From the NCBI GenBank assembly GCA_964016885.1, contig OZ024743.1:3038001-3102000 (forward strand): DNA of 64,000 nucleotides, written 5' to 3'. The position numbers were made by a program, and so were the translations under genes. The stretch's first letter is position 1. Each line of letters starts with the position of its first letter. This document shows, piece by piece, positions 11,590 to 25,073 of the stretch. Source of the DNA: Eledone cirrhosa (Eukaryota). The notes beneath the pieces were generated by a model that saw only the letters and a program-made list of their open reading frames with translations, ran no database searches and was not told the DNA's origin.

Positions 11590-12458
11590 GTACCATCATA
11601 TATAACTAAAATAGAAAAAAAGATTGCTGACCTACGAAAAACTATAGGTTATATGACAATGTTCCTTACATGTAAACAAAAACAAAAAACCTTCACTCCT
11701 CACCAACAAAGAGTGAAAAATAAAATAGAAACGATGTTTGGTGACAGTACAAGCAGAACTCTTCAATATAAGCTGATCAACCTCAAACAAGAATTGTCAG
11801 CGAGAAACATTGATACCAGAAGGTAGATGAAAGAAAAGTGCTTAATAAAAGATTCAGGCGAAATCAAACATCAGTCTATAGAGATATGAAGGGAAAAATA
11901 AATAATAAGTGTCCCAGAAAGACAGATTCGTTTTGGAAAAAAATATGGGATGAAAAGAAGAATTTCAACCAAGATGCAGTGTGACTAAAAGAAATCCAAA
12001 AGAACTATTGCTCCTACTTTCAAAATATTGGCGTGTCAACAACAACAGCCACAAAATCAAGAACAGAAACTACTTGAGTGGGCCATAGTGTCCAAATTCT
12101 GATTTGAAAGACTTCACCAGATAGTGCTATTAAGTTAGACATGGTCTGGGCCAATACTGGTGGAAACCTATCAAAGTTATATGTATGTTTATATTTCCTC
12201 CCAGCACGAAATATGAATTGACCTTCTTCAACACTTAATTTTTAATTCTTTTTTAAATTTTAATTGTAATATTTAATATTTGATAATATGGATTACATCG
12301 AAACCGGTAGTATTGTATATACTTTATAAAACTATATTTAAAAAAAAAATGTTCTTTTTCAATAATGTCACTTTGACGGATCAAAGAAAAAATTTCCGTA
12401 CATTCTTACTTTTTTCTATAACCTCTGTTTTGTATAGAACATTACCTCCTTTTCAAAC

Positions 12459-12489
<31 letters not shown>

Positions 12490-12671
12490 CAGTGAAATTC
12501 CGTTATTACGAAATTCAAGGACTATAAAATAATTCGTTATAACTAAATAGTCTTTATAACGAAATTGACCGAAACAAATGGAGCTTTTGTTATTTCCTCG
12601 TAGATAGAAAACATTTCGTTATACTGAAAAAAATCGTTATTATGGTATTCGTTATAACGGAATTTTACTTG
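12490..12671. mobile_element. Tc1/mariner-pogo (Tigger-like) MITE
   Basis: Imperfect TIRs cagtgaaattccgttat ... ataacggaattttacttg, flanked by TA on both sides. Confidence 0.75.
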
Positions 12672-13542
12672 TATACATACTTACATATACATACATACAT
12701 AATATATATATGTATGTAAAAGTTAAACAGAAACAATAAAACAAACGGCACAGTACATGGAAGAAATGTATTAGTTTAACGCTTGAAATAGCAGGAAGAT
12801 AGTCTTAATATTTCGGACATTAGTCCTTCATCACAAGTTAAAGTTAGAAATAAATGATAAATAGAAAGTAACGAGTGATAAGAGTAAGGAACAGGAGATA
12901 ATTGTGGAGGAAAAAATTACCCTTGCGTATTCAGGCGGTCATTTTGGAGACATATGTATACATACATATATATGTATATATATATATATAATCAGAATGA
13001 ATATTTATCCAAGAAATGATAATTTGGACTAACTTCCAGTAACATCAATATAAACGATTCTTTCTTCTCTGAAGATTCCATGCAAATATCAGTAACAATG
13101 TATATACGTGCGTACACATACACATATATGTATGAACTGTTATTCGATATTGTATAGATGAAACAGTGTAAGATGTAAAGTTTGTTTTTAAATGTATTAC
13201 CTTGTCCTCCATTCATTCTGATTATACTTGCTCTCTTTACCGTCTGCGCTTAACTCTCATTAAATATTAACTTTTCTATAATATTCAACACTGCACCCTA
13301 AGCATTGAGCACACTTCGCTTCCGCTATTGGCGTCTAGTATACTGTATCACAATTTTTTCTCTCTCCTCCACTCTTAAGATACATGTCGTTTCTTTAATT
13401 TTATATATATATATATATATACTGTTAAAACTTATATACATTCTATAATTAATTGATATAATAATTAATTACCGTTTTTTGTGGCTTTAATTGTTTCTTA
13501 TTTTTTTTTCCTTTTGCTGGATAAAAATGTCGTCCGCATCAT

Positions 13543-13706
13543 TGGAATAAAAATGGCGTTTGAAATGAACCATGGGAATAAAAATTGGCGTTTGAAATGA
13601 ACCATGGGAATAAAAATGGCATTTGAAATGAACCATGGGAATAAAAATTGGCGTTTGAAATGAACCATGGGAATAAAAATTGGCGTTTGAAATGAACCAT
13701 GGGAAT
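13543..13706. repeat. Minisatellite, 31-32 bp unit, about 5 copies
   Basis: Repeated ggaataaaaa(t)tggcgtttgaaatgaaccatg. Confidence 0.95.
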
Positions 13707-13825
13707 TGAGACGTGATTTTTTTTCCGTACTGTACACATTCCATCTATTCAAATTTGCTTCTTCCTCAAAGTGACTGAACACTACCATTCTCAACATCTA
13801 CTACTGTTTATATAAATATATATAT

Positions 13826-14161
13826 AACGAAATTCACGTGTATTAAAAATAATTCGTTGTAACGAAAAATTCTTTATAACGAAATCGACGTAACATATCG
13901 AGCATGTGGCCGGGGATTGAAAAAAATTTCGGTATACTGAAAAATTCGTTATAATGGTATTCGTTATAACGAAATTTTACCTGTATATACAGTGGGATTC
14001 CGTTATAACGAATTTCACTGGGTATAAAAGAAATCCGTTGTAACGAAAAATTTCTTTATAATGAGATCGACCAAAACAAATCGAGCATTTGTTTGTTACT
14101 ACCTCAGGGATTGAAAAAAACATTTGTTATAATGGTATTCGTTATAATGGAAATTTACCGG
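13826..14161. mobile_element. Two adjacent copies of the same Tigger-like MITE family (13826-13983, 5'-truncated; 13990-14161)
   Basis: They share cgttataacgaa sub-repeats and TIR ends with 12490-12671, with TA flanks. Confidence 0.7.
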
Positions 14162-15041
14162 TATATATTTATATGTATGTGTGTGTATCAGACTTATTCT
14201 TAGTACAATTTAGCCTGAGATTGAGAGGCTACTTTCACTTCACTAAACACATCCTTCTTATTGACCCCCCCCCCCCCCCCCCCCCCATTAAAAACCTCTC
14301 TGGGTTGGCTGTTTTAGTAGTATACTATTGATTTCTCCAATATGCCTGGTAAATTTGTGCATTACTTTATTGAGTAGAATATATTTGCATATGTAGAAAG
14401 GTGTGTTTTTTGGTGGTGGATTGGGGGACAGTATGAACTTATCATTTATAATATTATTATAGTATTGTATACATATGATATAGTAGTATATTAACTATCA
14501 AATGATACATTATATATAGTAAAATAAAAAAAACATATATAATATATAAATTAATGATTTTGTCTATTATATAATATTTATAATTTGTGTGTTGGCAGGT
14601 CACTCTGGAAATAGGGGTGGGTGTGCTGAGGGTATTACGGGGACATGAGTTTGAGAACCTCTGGGATCAAACGTCGAATCTCGTGCTTGTAAAGCAAATG
14701 TCTTAAACTCCTATATAATGTCGTCATAGGGAACTCTACACATTTCTTCAAGGGAATTAATCAGGAAGAGCTGAAAACAAGAGTAATCTCTTTGAAAAAA
14801 GGTTGGTTTTTTTTTCCGAATACTTTTTCAAAATTAAAAAAAAGCTTCAGGGACACTTACTCCCTCTGAGAGTGGTTAGTGACTGGGCCCGGGAGGGCTT
14901 TATTGGGGTTGTCATTCATTTGGATCATATCTGTGGCCAGCTATCTGTCCATGTCAGAAGCATATTGAAATTTGAGTCTTGGAACTTTACTGTGTGACAA
15001 GAGAAAGGGCAGCATGACATGAAACAATGTTCGCTCAGTAG

Positions 15042-15260
15042 CTGAGAATCTTCAGCCATGTCATGGAGTGGATGACTTGGGTCTATTGAGGCCTTAGTGA
15101 CCAACCCATGTGTGTAATGATTTCTATGAAGGATGACATGAAAATAAACAATGTGGGCATAATAACTGAGAATCCCCAGCCATGTCATGGAGTGGATGAC
15201 TTGGGTCTATTGAAGCCTTGGTCACCAACCTGTGTGTGTAATGCTTTCTATGAAAAGATG
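15042..15260. repeat. Direct repeat, two ~95-bp copies about 124 bp apart
   Basis: ctgagaatc..cagccatgtcatggagtggatgacttgggtctattga... occurs twice. Confidence 0.85.
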
Positions 15261-15700
15261 CAGCACCAATACCTCAAATCACAGGTAGATACTCAGTTGG
15301 TGTAGGATGGAGACATCCGTTGATGAGCCTTAAATGTTGTTTAGGGATGTATTTAGCTTCTACTTATGGGAACTCCTGCTCCATACAAGGAAGTTGTACT
15401 CCACAGCAGCCCTTAGACTAAAGCTAGGGCACTGGTACCTTGGGTGAGATATACTAACACCCCATGATGAGCTTGTCAAATGGCATCACAGGTTTGTTCC
15501 TTTCAAATATCTCTGCATGTAAGAACTGAAGGTGCTGCCTGTAGGTCAGCTGTCAGTCCAATTTCACTTTGAGATATGTTGGTGTGGTGTTATATGAGAG
15601 GGATGAACTGCCACGGCCACTGAGATGCTGAGAGGCCTCCTTGGTATTCAGGTGGAATGTCATTGCAGTTGTCTTTGTCATGCTCAGCTTCAATCTCACA
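15261..15700 (-). mobile_element. Decayed LINE fragment (post-RT region, I/Jockey-group-like)
   Basis: Manual minus-strand translation LKLSMTKTTAMTFHLNTKEA...PTYLKVKLD*QLTYRQHL resembles the KYLGV.LD..L.Y..H thumb motif. Confidence 0.5.
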
Positions 15701-15770
15701 GTCTCAATATATAAATTAAATATACTTCACTGAGAAGATCTAATAAAATCAAAACATGTCTACTGCTTCC

Positions 15771-16020
15771 ACAAAGTTGGTTTATAATGAAGGACCACAG
15801 CCATTGTATTGTTATAAAATATCTTACAAAGTTGGCTTATAAACAAGGACCACAGCTATTGTATTGTTATAAAATATCTTACAAAGTTGGCTTATAAACA
15901 AGAACCACAGTCATTGTATTGTTATAAAATTTACAAAGTTGGTTTATAAAAAAGGACCACAGCCATTGTATTGTTATAAAATGCTCACAAAGTTGGTTTA
16001 TAAAAAAGGACATCAGTCAC
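15771..16020. repeat. Minisatellite, ~55-bp unit, about 4.5 copies
   Basis: acaaagttgg recurs at 15771, 15826, 15881, 15933 and 15987. Confidence 0.92.
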
Positions 16021-16022
16021 TG

Positions 16023-18021
16023 TCATCATCATCAACATCGTGTTACGTCCATTCTTCCATGTTAGCATGGGTTAGAGGAATGTTCTTGTTTTGGGCAATG
16101 CCAGGTCAGGTGACCATGTCTTGCTCATACAGAACTGATTTTGGCTTGGTTTCTACAGCTGGATCCCCTTTCTAACACCAACCTCATTTACAGTGAGTAC
16201 TGGGTGTCTTTTTACGGTGGAGCCTATACGACCACTTTACAGTGAGGAGTGGGTGATTTTTTGCTGTAACACCTACATGACCACTTTACAGTGAGAAGGG
16301 GTGGGGGCATACTGTCTATAGACTTCAGCTTCAGCTTGTACCCGTGGGAAGTCAGGTCTTCTGTATTACGGCGCAATACCAGAGCTCTCAGTCCTTTGTC
16401 ATCACTTTTGAGAGGTGCAATTGGGCAAGATCAGCTTTTATCACCTTATCCCAAGGCTTCCATCGACCTTTAGTGCTCTGCACCTTTTTATGCAGCTGTC
16501 ATCCTTCCTATGCATCACCTGTCCATATCAGCATAATATCCTCTCCTGCACACAACATTTGATACCTCTTATGCCTAGTCTCTCTCTCAATTCGTTTATG
16601 CTTTGCCGTTCACGTATATTACTATTACACATCCATCTGAGCATGCAAGCTTCTTTTCTTTCTAATTTATGCAAGTTTTCTGCACACAATGCTCAGGTCT
16701 CACTACCATGCACCATTGTTGTTCGTATGCAAGCATCATACAGTCTGCTTTTAATTTTGAGGGGAAAACCTTTTGCAGCTAGTAGTGGTAGTGGCTCCCT
16801 GAACTTCTCCCATCCTGTTCTTACCCTGGTTACTGTACTTTCAGAATACCCAACTCCACTGCTAATTCAGTCACCTAGATAGCAGAAGCTGTCTACTGTT
16901 TCTACTGAGCCCTCCCAGAATTTGGTAGTGCTTGTTTCCTGTGGTCGTTTGTTGCTTACTGTTCTGGTGCAACTGCTACATGTAAAGCCTACATTCTTAG
17001 CTAAACTTCCTGAGATCCCATAACATCTATTGTGTACCCATAGTTTGCATTTGGGGCAGAGGATGGAATTTCTACCTACCTTTCCTACATACTGAGCAAG
17101 GCCATTTCTCTGAAGGGATCTGGGTTCTGTTTTTTCTTCTACTTATGAGGCTCTTAGTCTTTGTCAGGTTAACTTTGAGACCCTTTCTTTCTAGGCACTG
17201 CTTCCATGTTGGGAATTTCTTCTCTCATTCCACCATAGATCTATGTACAAAAGTTCCCATGGGCATCCTGTCTTAAACTCCTCTTTTATAGCCTGCAATA
17301 CAATAATAAACAGAAGAGGGCTAAGAACAGAGCCCTGGTGGATGCCAACCTGTATGCTAAATTCCTTGCTATAGTCATTGTTAACCCTAACTTTGCTGAC
17401 TGGTCCCTTATACATGGCTTGTACAGACTTCAGAAGCCACTCCTCTACTCCTAGTTTTCTAAGAGCCCACCAGATTATAGCATGGGATACTCTGTCAAAG
17501 CCTTTTTCCAGATAGACAAATGCCATGTAGAGCAGCTTACTTTTATCTAGGTACTTTACCTGTAACTGCCTCACAAGGAAGAGGGCATCAGTGGTACCAT
17601 TTCCAAATTGCATCTCACCTACTTTTACCCGGTCCCTAATCAACTGTGCTATAACTATTTCTGTTACTTTCATGACTTGGTCCATTAGCTTTATACCTCT
17701 ACAGTTACCTCTATCTAGTGCATCTCCTTTACTCTTGTAGCAGTTGACAATGATGTTGCTGTGCCAATCATTTGGTATGACGCCATCTAGTATTATTTGG
17801 TTAACAATACGTGTGGTTATGGTGTGACCTACCGACCTAGATGCTCTCAGCATCTCAGAAACTATTCCTGATGGACCGGCTGCTTTCCCAGTTTTCATAT
17901 CCTTAATTGCCTTACTAACTACTACTGACTTGTATTGATGGGCCCTCTATGGGGTCCACTTGGGGAAGGGTCTCTTTCTCCCATTCATTCCCCTCATTCA
18001 GTAATCTTTCATAATAGCTCT
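16023..18021 (-). mobile_element. 5'-truncated, decayed RTE-type LINE (PHD-insert family)
   Basis: ORF 17191-17898 has KAAGPSGIVSEML and GIHQGSVLSPLLF. A (GAT)n-like tail lies at 16023. Confidence 0.9.
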
Positions 18022-18541
18022 TCAAAGGAAGTGCTACTTAGCCACTTGTTAAACCTACTGTGTCAGTGCTGGGAAGAGGGAACAGTCCTGTAAGACATGA
18101 GAAACTGCAATATTGTTACCATCTATAAGAACAAAGGGACAGAAGCAACTGCAATAGCTACCGGGGCATCTCGCTGTTAAGTATTGTTGGGAAGGTCTTT
18201 GCCCACGTGGGCCTGAACAGACTACAGAAAATCACTGAAAGTGTATACCCCTACAGAAGTGCCGAGAGCAAAGGCAACCACTCTACATCACCTTCAACGA
18301 CCTTATGAAGGCATTCAATCTAGATAGTAGAGATGGCCTGTTCAAAATCCTTGCCAGAATTGGTTGTCCAGTCATTTCATATAAAGGGTATCATTGAACT
18401 TGATGACTCTTCTTTGGAAGCATTTAATATATGCAGTGGTGTGAAGCAGGATTGCATGTTAGCCCCCACTCTGTTTAGCACCTTTTTTGCAGTCATGCTA
18501 AAACATGCATTTGGAGAGTTAATTGAGGGTGTCTACCTCCA

Positions 18542-18543
<2 letters not shown>
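18022..18543 (+). mobile_element. Decayed RTE/BovB-like RT fragment
   Basis: IVTIYKNKG, NCNSYRGISLLSIVGKVFA and GVKQDCMLAPTLF are readable across frameshifts. Confidence 0.8.
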
Positions 18544-18595
<52 letters not shown>

Positions 18596-18858
18596 AATCT
18601 AAAAAAGGGAAAAAAGAACTTTCTTTGTAGTTCTAAACAATTTAATTTCATTTTATAATATATTATAATTTTAAAATTCAAAAAAGAAATAGGATTTCGC
18701 TTCAAGCATAGCTTTATACAATATGTATAAATATTTCGTATCTCCCTTTTGGTAGATCTAGTAAGTTCTTTGTTAACTTCAGCGGGGAGATTTTTTAAAG
18801 ATACCTGGTTAACTTTCCTGGAGAACTTTCTCACAATCGTTGGTGGCGATACATATAT

Positions 18859-19140
18859 ATCATCATCATCATCATCATCACCGTTTTACGTCTGTTCTTC
18901 AATCTAGCATGGGTTAGACGGGTTGTCCTGTTGTGGGTAGTGTCTGGTCAGCTGACCTTGTCTTGCTCATACGGGAACTGATTCTGGCTTGATTTCTACA
19001 GCTGAATGCCCTTCCTAAAACCAACCTCATTTACAGTGAGTGTTGGGTGCTTTTTTTCCGTGGCGCCTATACGTCCACTTTACAGTGTGGACTGGATGCT
19101 TTTTTTGCCATGGCACCTCCACGACCATTTTGCAGTGGAA
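18859..19140 (-). mobile_element. 3'-UTR-only copy of the RTE PHD-insert family
   Basis: (CAT)n tail next to (TA)n, followed by ccgttttacgtc...ctagcatgggttagacggg, shared with other copies. Confidence 0.8.
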
Positions 19141-19162
19141 TGATATGGACCCCAGTCCTATC

Positions 19163-19302
19163 ATCTCATTTCTATAGCTGAGTAAACTGGAGCAATGTGA
19201 AATAAAGTGTCTTGCTCAAGGAAACAACACATCACCCAGGTCTGAGAATTGAACTCACAACCTTTCGATTGCAAGCCCAATCCACTAAGCCATGTGCCTT
19301 CA
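19163..19302 (-). mobile_element. tRNA-derived SINE
   Basis: Minus-strand A-box-like tggcttagtgg and B-box-like gagttcaattc, followed by the ccttgagcaagacacttt body motif. Confidence 0.7.
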
Positions 19303-19314
19303 CATATATATATA

Positions 19315-22300
19315 TCATCATCATCATCATCATCGTTGAACATCTATCTTCCATGCTAGCATGGGTAAGACGGGAATTGTCCCACTTGAGGCAAGATTGA
19401 TTGGGTGACCATGTCTCACTCATATAGGACTGTATCTGGCAGGTTTTCTATGGCTGGATGCCCTTCCTAACACCAACCACATTTACAGTGTGGACTAGGA
19501 GCTTTTTACCGTGTTACCTACACGACCACATTACAGCGTGGACTGTGTTTTTTTTGTCGTGACACCTACACCTCATTAGTTTGGACTGGATGTTATGGTA
19601 CCAAACATAACTTTATAGAGAAAGGGTGGTATTGGCAGGAGTGGGAGGATGAGTAGGGGTAGTGGGTTAGGGTGTATGTTTGATTTGGAGGGGCCTACTA
19701 ACTGTAGGTTAACTTTTCACGTAGGGAAGGTGGGTCTTCTGTATTACTGCATGGCACCAAAAATCTCGATCCAGTAACATTGTCTTAGAGAGGTGCAAGT
19801 GTGCAAGGTCGGAATTTATCATGTCATCCCAGGTTTTTCTGGGTCTACCTATTCCGTAACTTTCATCAATTTTGATCGACCTGCACTTTTTTATACAGCT
19901 GTCATCTTTCATGCGCATCACGTGACCATACCAACGTAGTCTTCTCTCGAGTAAACAGCATCTGATCCCTCTTATTCCTAATTTCTCACTTAATTCATTT
20001 ACGTTTTGCTGTTTGTGTATATTACTATTATACATCCAACGGAGCATGCATGCTTCATTCCTTTCCAGTCTGCGCATGTCTTCTGCACACAATTCCCATG
20101 TCTCACTGCCATGTAACATTGCTGTTCGTATACAGGCATCATACAATCTGCCTTTCATTTTTAGAGAGAAACCTTTTGTGGCCAAGGGCGGTATAAGCTC
20201 TCTGAACTTTTTCCACCCCGTTCTAACTCTGGCTACTGTACTTTCAGAGCACCCTGCACCACTGCTAATTTTGTCACCCAGGTAACGGAAAGTGTCCACT
20301 ATTTCTATAGAACCATCTGGGCAGTAGAAGGTGCTAGTATCCTGTGAGTACTTGCTATTTATTGCACCTGAGCACGGCCACATATAAAATCTATGTTCTT
20401 AGATAGCTTGCCTGTGATCCCACTACATCTTTTATGTACTCATAGTTTGCATTTGGGACATAAAATGGAATTTCTACCTACTCCTTTCCTACACACTGAG
20501 CATGGCCATTTTCCAGTGGGCATCTGTGCCCTATTTTGTTTTCTACATACTAGAACTTTAATCTTAGACAAGTTAACTTTAAGGCCTTTTGGTTCTAGGC
20601 CATGCTTCCATGTTTAGAATTTCTTCTCTAGTTCAGCCATAGATTCAGCTACAAGAGTTAGATCATCTGTGTATAGAAGTTCCCATAGGCAGCCGGTCTT
20701 AAACTCCTGTTATAGTCTGAAGGGCAATAATAAACAGGAGGGGGCTAAGGACAGAGCCTTGATGAACACCAACTTTTACGCTAAATTCTTCACTATATTC
20801 ATTGTTAATTCTAACCTTGCTGACTGTTTCTGTATTCATGGCTTGTATATAATGACATTTCCAGGACTCATTTTTCTGAGCATCAGTGACACTAAGTGCA
20901 CCAACATCATTTCAGACATACTTATCTCCAACATCTTAATTTACACTGACGCACTGCCTTGCAATGCGGAACACCTCACGTGTCTGATCCTCTCACCGCA
21001 GAACATTGGCAAACTTCCTGCTTTCAGCTTCCCTGCGTGCTAAGTATACCTGATGTCTAGCCCCTCTTTTAGCGGATGTGTATCGGTCTCTACTCCCCCC
21101 ATTTTTCCAATCCTCCATGCTTGTCTTTTGTCTTTAATGGCTCTATCTACTGTGCTGTTCCATCACCAAGTGACCCTCTGTCTGGTTGGAGCTTTGCTCC
21201 AGCCACAAGTCTATTCAGTTGCTTGCAGTAAGTTGTCACGTAAGAACTTCCAGTTATCTTCTATGTCATACAATTCTAATTTGTCTTCTTTCTCATCATA
21301 CACATCTTGGAGGGCTTTCCTAAATTTATATTTAAGTGAAAGGTCTTTTAGCTTCCAGACCTTCCTTTTCCATACCTTCCTTAGTGTCTCATTCTATCTC
21401 TTGCTTATTGAGATGTCACTAAGAATGTTGGGGGGGGGGGGTACATTCTTCCCCAGAGTATGCTTTAGTATTTGAAACCACCTGCCTGTCTCGTTGCCTA
21501 ATTAGCAAGAAGTCAATCTGGCTTATGAGCTCGCCTGATTGGTAGGTTATTAGGTGGTTGGCAGGTTTCCTGAAGTTAGTGTTGCAAATGGTTGCATCAC
21601 AAAATTCAAGAAGCTTCACTCCTTCTTCGTTTCTTGAGTCATAACCATGACCACTTTGTACTCCAGTGTATCCATCCTGGAGCTGTCCAACATGACCATT
21701 GAAGACACCTGCTAGTATAACTAGGTCTCTGTCCTCTGTCATTATGGTTATCTCTGGAAGCTGGTCGCAAAAGCAGTCCTTCTCTTCTTTACCTACCCCC
21801 GCTTGGGGAGCATTGGTAGAGATAATTGTCAGCAGTCTATTGCCTACAACTAATCTAATCTTAATTATACTATTACTTACTCTATCTACCTCTATTATCT
21901 TGTTCATCCACTTCTCGGCCAGTAAAATGCTTACCCCACCTCACCCATCATCATTTCCTACCCAGAGAAGCTTATAGCTAAGCTGTTTGCCTGAGGCTCC
22001 TCTCCATCTCACCTCTTGCATGCAGCACACATCCACATGTCTTCTCTCTAGCATCTCCACTATCTCACCAGATCTATCTCTCAGGGTGTTAACATTAAGT
22101 GTGTCAACCCTGAGAGGCGACATCTTCCGTTGATTTTTGCCTTCTCTGCAAAGAAAAATATTTAGAATCATTAACATCATTATTATTACTGTTGTTGTTG
22201 TTGTGCAATTGCTTGATGGTGGTCAGGGAGTTCTTGTACATGTCCACACCAGCCACCACCTCACTACCATGTGCAGGCCCTAACATGGTTAGTGTCATTG

Positions 22301-22830
22301 CTGTTTATGCAGTTATTGCAATACTTGTCTGTTATGCTTGTAATTTTTTTTTTTGGCATTGATATACTGGTTGGATGCCCTTCCTATCACCAGCACCACT
22401 TTACAGCATGGACTGGGGACTTTTATTCATGCCACCAGCACTAGAGAGGTTGTCTTACTGGAATCAGGGACCCTCTCCACCCCATTACTTTGGCATGGTT
22501 TTTAATGGCTGAATGCTACTTCCATTTCCTACATTTTACAACATGGACCAGGTGCTTTTATTCGTGCCACCAGCACTAGGGATGTCATCTTACTGGACTT
22601 AGGGGGCTTTTCCACCCTGCACCAATTTATTTGGAGTGGTAGCTCTCCTAGACAGGTTGCCTACACTACGGTTTACGAAGCCTTCGTCCACCCTGTGACT
22701 GCTCTGAGCGGACCTGGGTTTAAGATGCTATATGCACGAGGAAGTGACCAGCATACAGCATCAGGCATGTATACTGGAAGGTGGTGGAGATGGGGTGGGA
22801 TCCTAAATGGCGATTTCTTAACACAGCAAA
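19315..22830 (-). mobile_element. Near full-length decayed RTE-type LINE (PHD-insert family) with an internal deletion
   Basis: APE endonuclease pieces (TLNVNTL, CMQEVRW, GVFNGHVG, SQIDFLL; ORFs 21419-21907 and 21941-22180), RT C-terminus (19709-20383) and a (GAT)n tail. Part of the RT is missing near 20850. Confidence 0.88.
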
Positions 22831-23020
22831 TATTTCTATGCATGTAAATATATATATATACATCTACATATCTCCCGTCTAACCCATGCTAGCGTGGAAG
22901 AATGGACGTAAAACGGTGATGATAATGATGATGATGATACCTATATAAACATTTATGTATATAAACACACCTGTACATCTGACTCATACACACATATATA
23001 TATATATATAATTATATATT

Positions 23021-23296
23021 ATCATCATCATCATCACCGTTTTACGTCCGTTCTTCCACGCTAGCATGGGTTAGACAGGTTGTCCTGTTGTGGGCAGTAG
23101 CCGGTCAGCTCACCATGTCTTGCTCATACGGGAACTGATTCTGGGCTTGATTTCTACAGCTGGATGCCCTTCCTAACACCAACCTCATTTACAGTGAGTG
23201 CTGGGTGCTTTTTTCCCGTGGCACCTCCACATCCACTTTACAAGGTGGACTGGGTGCTTTTTTTCCATGGCACCTCCATGACCACCTTGCAGTGGG
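23021..23296 (-). mobile_element. 3'-UTR-only RTE copy; a ~65-bp + strand mini-copy lies at 22873-22939
   Basis: Same tail and UTR sequence as 18859-19140, flanked by (TA)n. Confidence 0.8.
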
Positions 23297-23325
23297 ATAT
23301 ATATATATATAATTATATATATATA

Positions 23326-24956
23326 CTAGCAGCAGTACCCAGAGTTGCCTGGGTAGGTAAAATAATATCTGATTTGATGAAAAGGTGTTGATCTTAGTGA
23401 CTGCTAAGATCAGCTTTATTTTGCTTTAAAATTTTAACGAAATCGGTGGCAAAATGTGGGAGCTAGAGCCAAAAATCTTATTTTTTGATACCTAAAAAAT
23501 TTTGGGCGTTTTTTATGGGGGGGTGGGGGGTGGGGAGTTTTTTATTGGGGCAGGGGGAGGTGGTCCGCTTTTTATGGGGGGTCCCTTTTTATTTGGGTGG
23601 ATCCGTTTTTTATAGGGCGGGGGGTCTGTTTTTTTATAGGGGGGGGGGGGTATTTGGGTAGATCCGTTTTTATTGGTGGAGGGGTACCTTTTTTTTTATT
23701 TTTTTTTGGGGCGGGGTCCGTTTTTAAATTTTTTTTTGGGGGGGAACCGTTTTTTATTGGGGTGGGGTCCGTTTTTTTTTATTTTGGAGGGGTCCGTTTT
23801 TTATGGGGAGGCCGTTTTGTTATTGGAGGGGGTCCGTTTTTTATTTGGGGTGGTCTGTCTTTTAATTGATGGGGTGGTCTGTTTCTTATGGAGGGGGTCC
23901 ATTTTATTTTGGAGGAGGGGGTTGTTTTTATGGGGGGGGGTATTTGGGAGGGGTCCGGTTTTTATGGGGGTCCGTTTTTTATTTGGGTGGATCAGTTTCT
24001 TATTGGGTGTGTCCGTTTTTTATTTGGGGGAGGGATATTTGGAATCCATTTATTATTTGAGGGAGGGGGTGATGTTTTTATTGGGAGGGAGGGGGAGAAG
24101 TGTCTGTTTTTTATTTGGGGGGGGGGGGGATCCGTTTTTCCATTGAACGAAATAAATTGATTTATGTGTGCGGTGGAGCCGAAGTTTCGAATTTGAACGA
24201 AATCGGTTGAAAATGTAGGAGCTAATGATAGGTCGCCGTGCCTGAACAAAAAATGCAAAGTGTAAAGCTACTATAATATGTGCAATGATAGGTTCTATCG
24301 TAGTATAAAAGTTGAACCAAATAAATTGATTTATGTGTGAGGTGGAGCCGAAGTGTCGAATTTGAACAAAATCGGTTGAAAAATATGGGAGCTCGAGTCG
24401 AAAGGCGGAAATTTGAGCAAAAAGGTGGTATTTTCGAATATTTAAGCGGCTGCCACGCCGTTCCTGAACAAAACATCCCAAATATAAATCCACTTTAAGA
24501 CGTGAAATAATCAGATCTAGCGTAGTGTAAAATTTGAACAAAGTAGGTTGATTAATGTGGGAGCTTGAGCCGAAAAAGTGGAAATTTGAGTCTAAAAGTG
24601 GTCTTTTTGAATATTTAAGCGGCTGCCACGCCGTCCCTGAACAACAAATGCAACATATAAAGCCCTTACAGGATATGCAATGATAAATCCTATTTTGCTT
24701 TAAAATTTGAACGAAATCGGTGGCAAAATGTGGGAGTTAGAGCCAAAAATCTTGTTTTTTGATACCTAAAAAAAGGTGATCCTCTATCGATTTTTATCTG
24801 CAGAATGACCCCGGAATAAAACAAAAACCATACGCTGATATATAGAAAACACTCCCCAATGACTAATCTATGAGCCTGTAAAGTTTCATGAAAATCGGTC
24901 GTAAGATGTAGGTAATATATAGGTAATACACAGACACACACACACATACTTAATTT

Positions 24957-24968
<12 letters not shown>
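23326..24968 (-). mobile_element. Non-autonomous Helitron-like element with an internal G/T-rich degenerate tandem array (23510-24140)
   Basis: Minus-strand 3' end is hairpin acccag-gcaact-ctgggt, then ~8 nt, then CTAG|T. The motif aaagtttcatgaaaatcgg and an (AC)n/(TA)n end are shared with 25074-26030. Confidence 0.65.
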
Positions 24969-24991
<23 letters not shown>

Positions 24992-25073
24992 GTGTGTTTG
25001 TGTGTGTGTGTGTGTGTATGTATGTATATATATATATATAAATACTGGGTACTTTTGCTAGTATATATATATA

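Larger units (their letters stand above)
8630..12015 (+). mobile_element. Decayed 5' part of an R4/Dong-like non-LTR retrotransposon, interrupted by two LTR insertions
   Basis: Manual translation across the insertions gives LYALATTVKHYLG...KVPSYITKIEKKIADLRKTIG...LKQELSA...KRFRRNQTSVYRDMKG...FWKKIWDEKKNFNQDAV*LKEI, resembling the pre-RT region of R4-clade ORFs. Clade recognised from memory. Confidence 0.6.

Noticed and set aside
18720-18835. Dispersed repeat shared with ~44300-44390 in opposite orientation
   Set aside because: The similarity is real but too short and decayed to classify.
22720-22765. HDV-like ribozyme in the RTE 5' UTR (minus cac-ttcctc-gtg inside an 11-bp stem)
   Set aside because: I could not find P1.1 GG, P2 or the J4/2 catalytic strand; an RNArobo or Infernal search would be needed.
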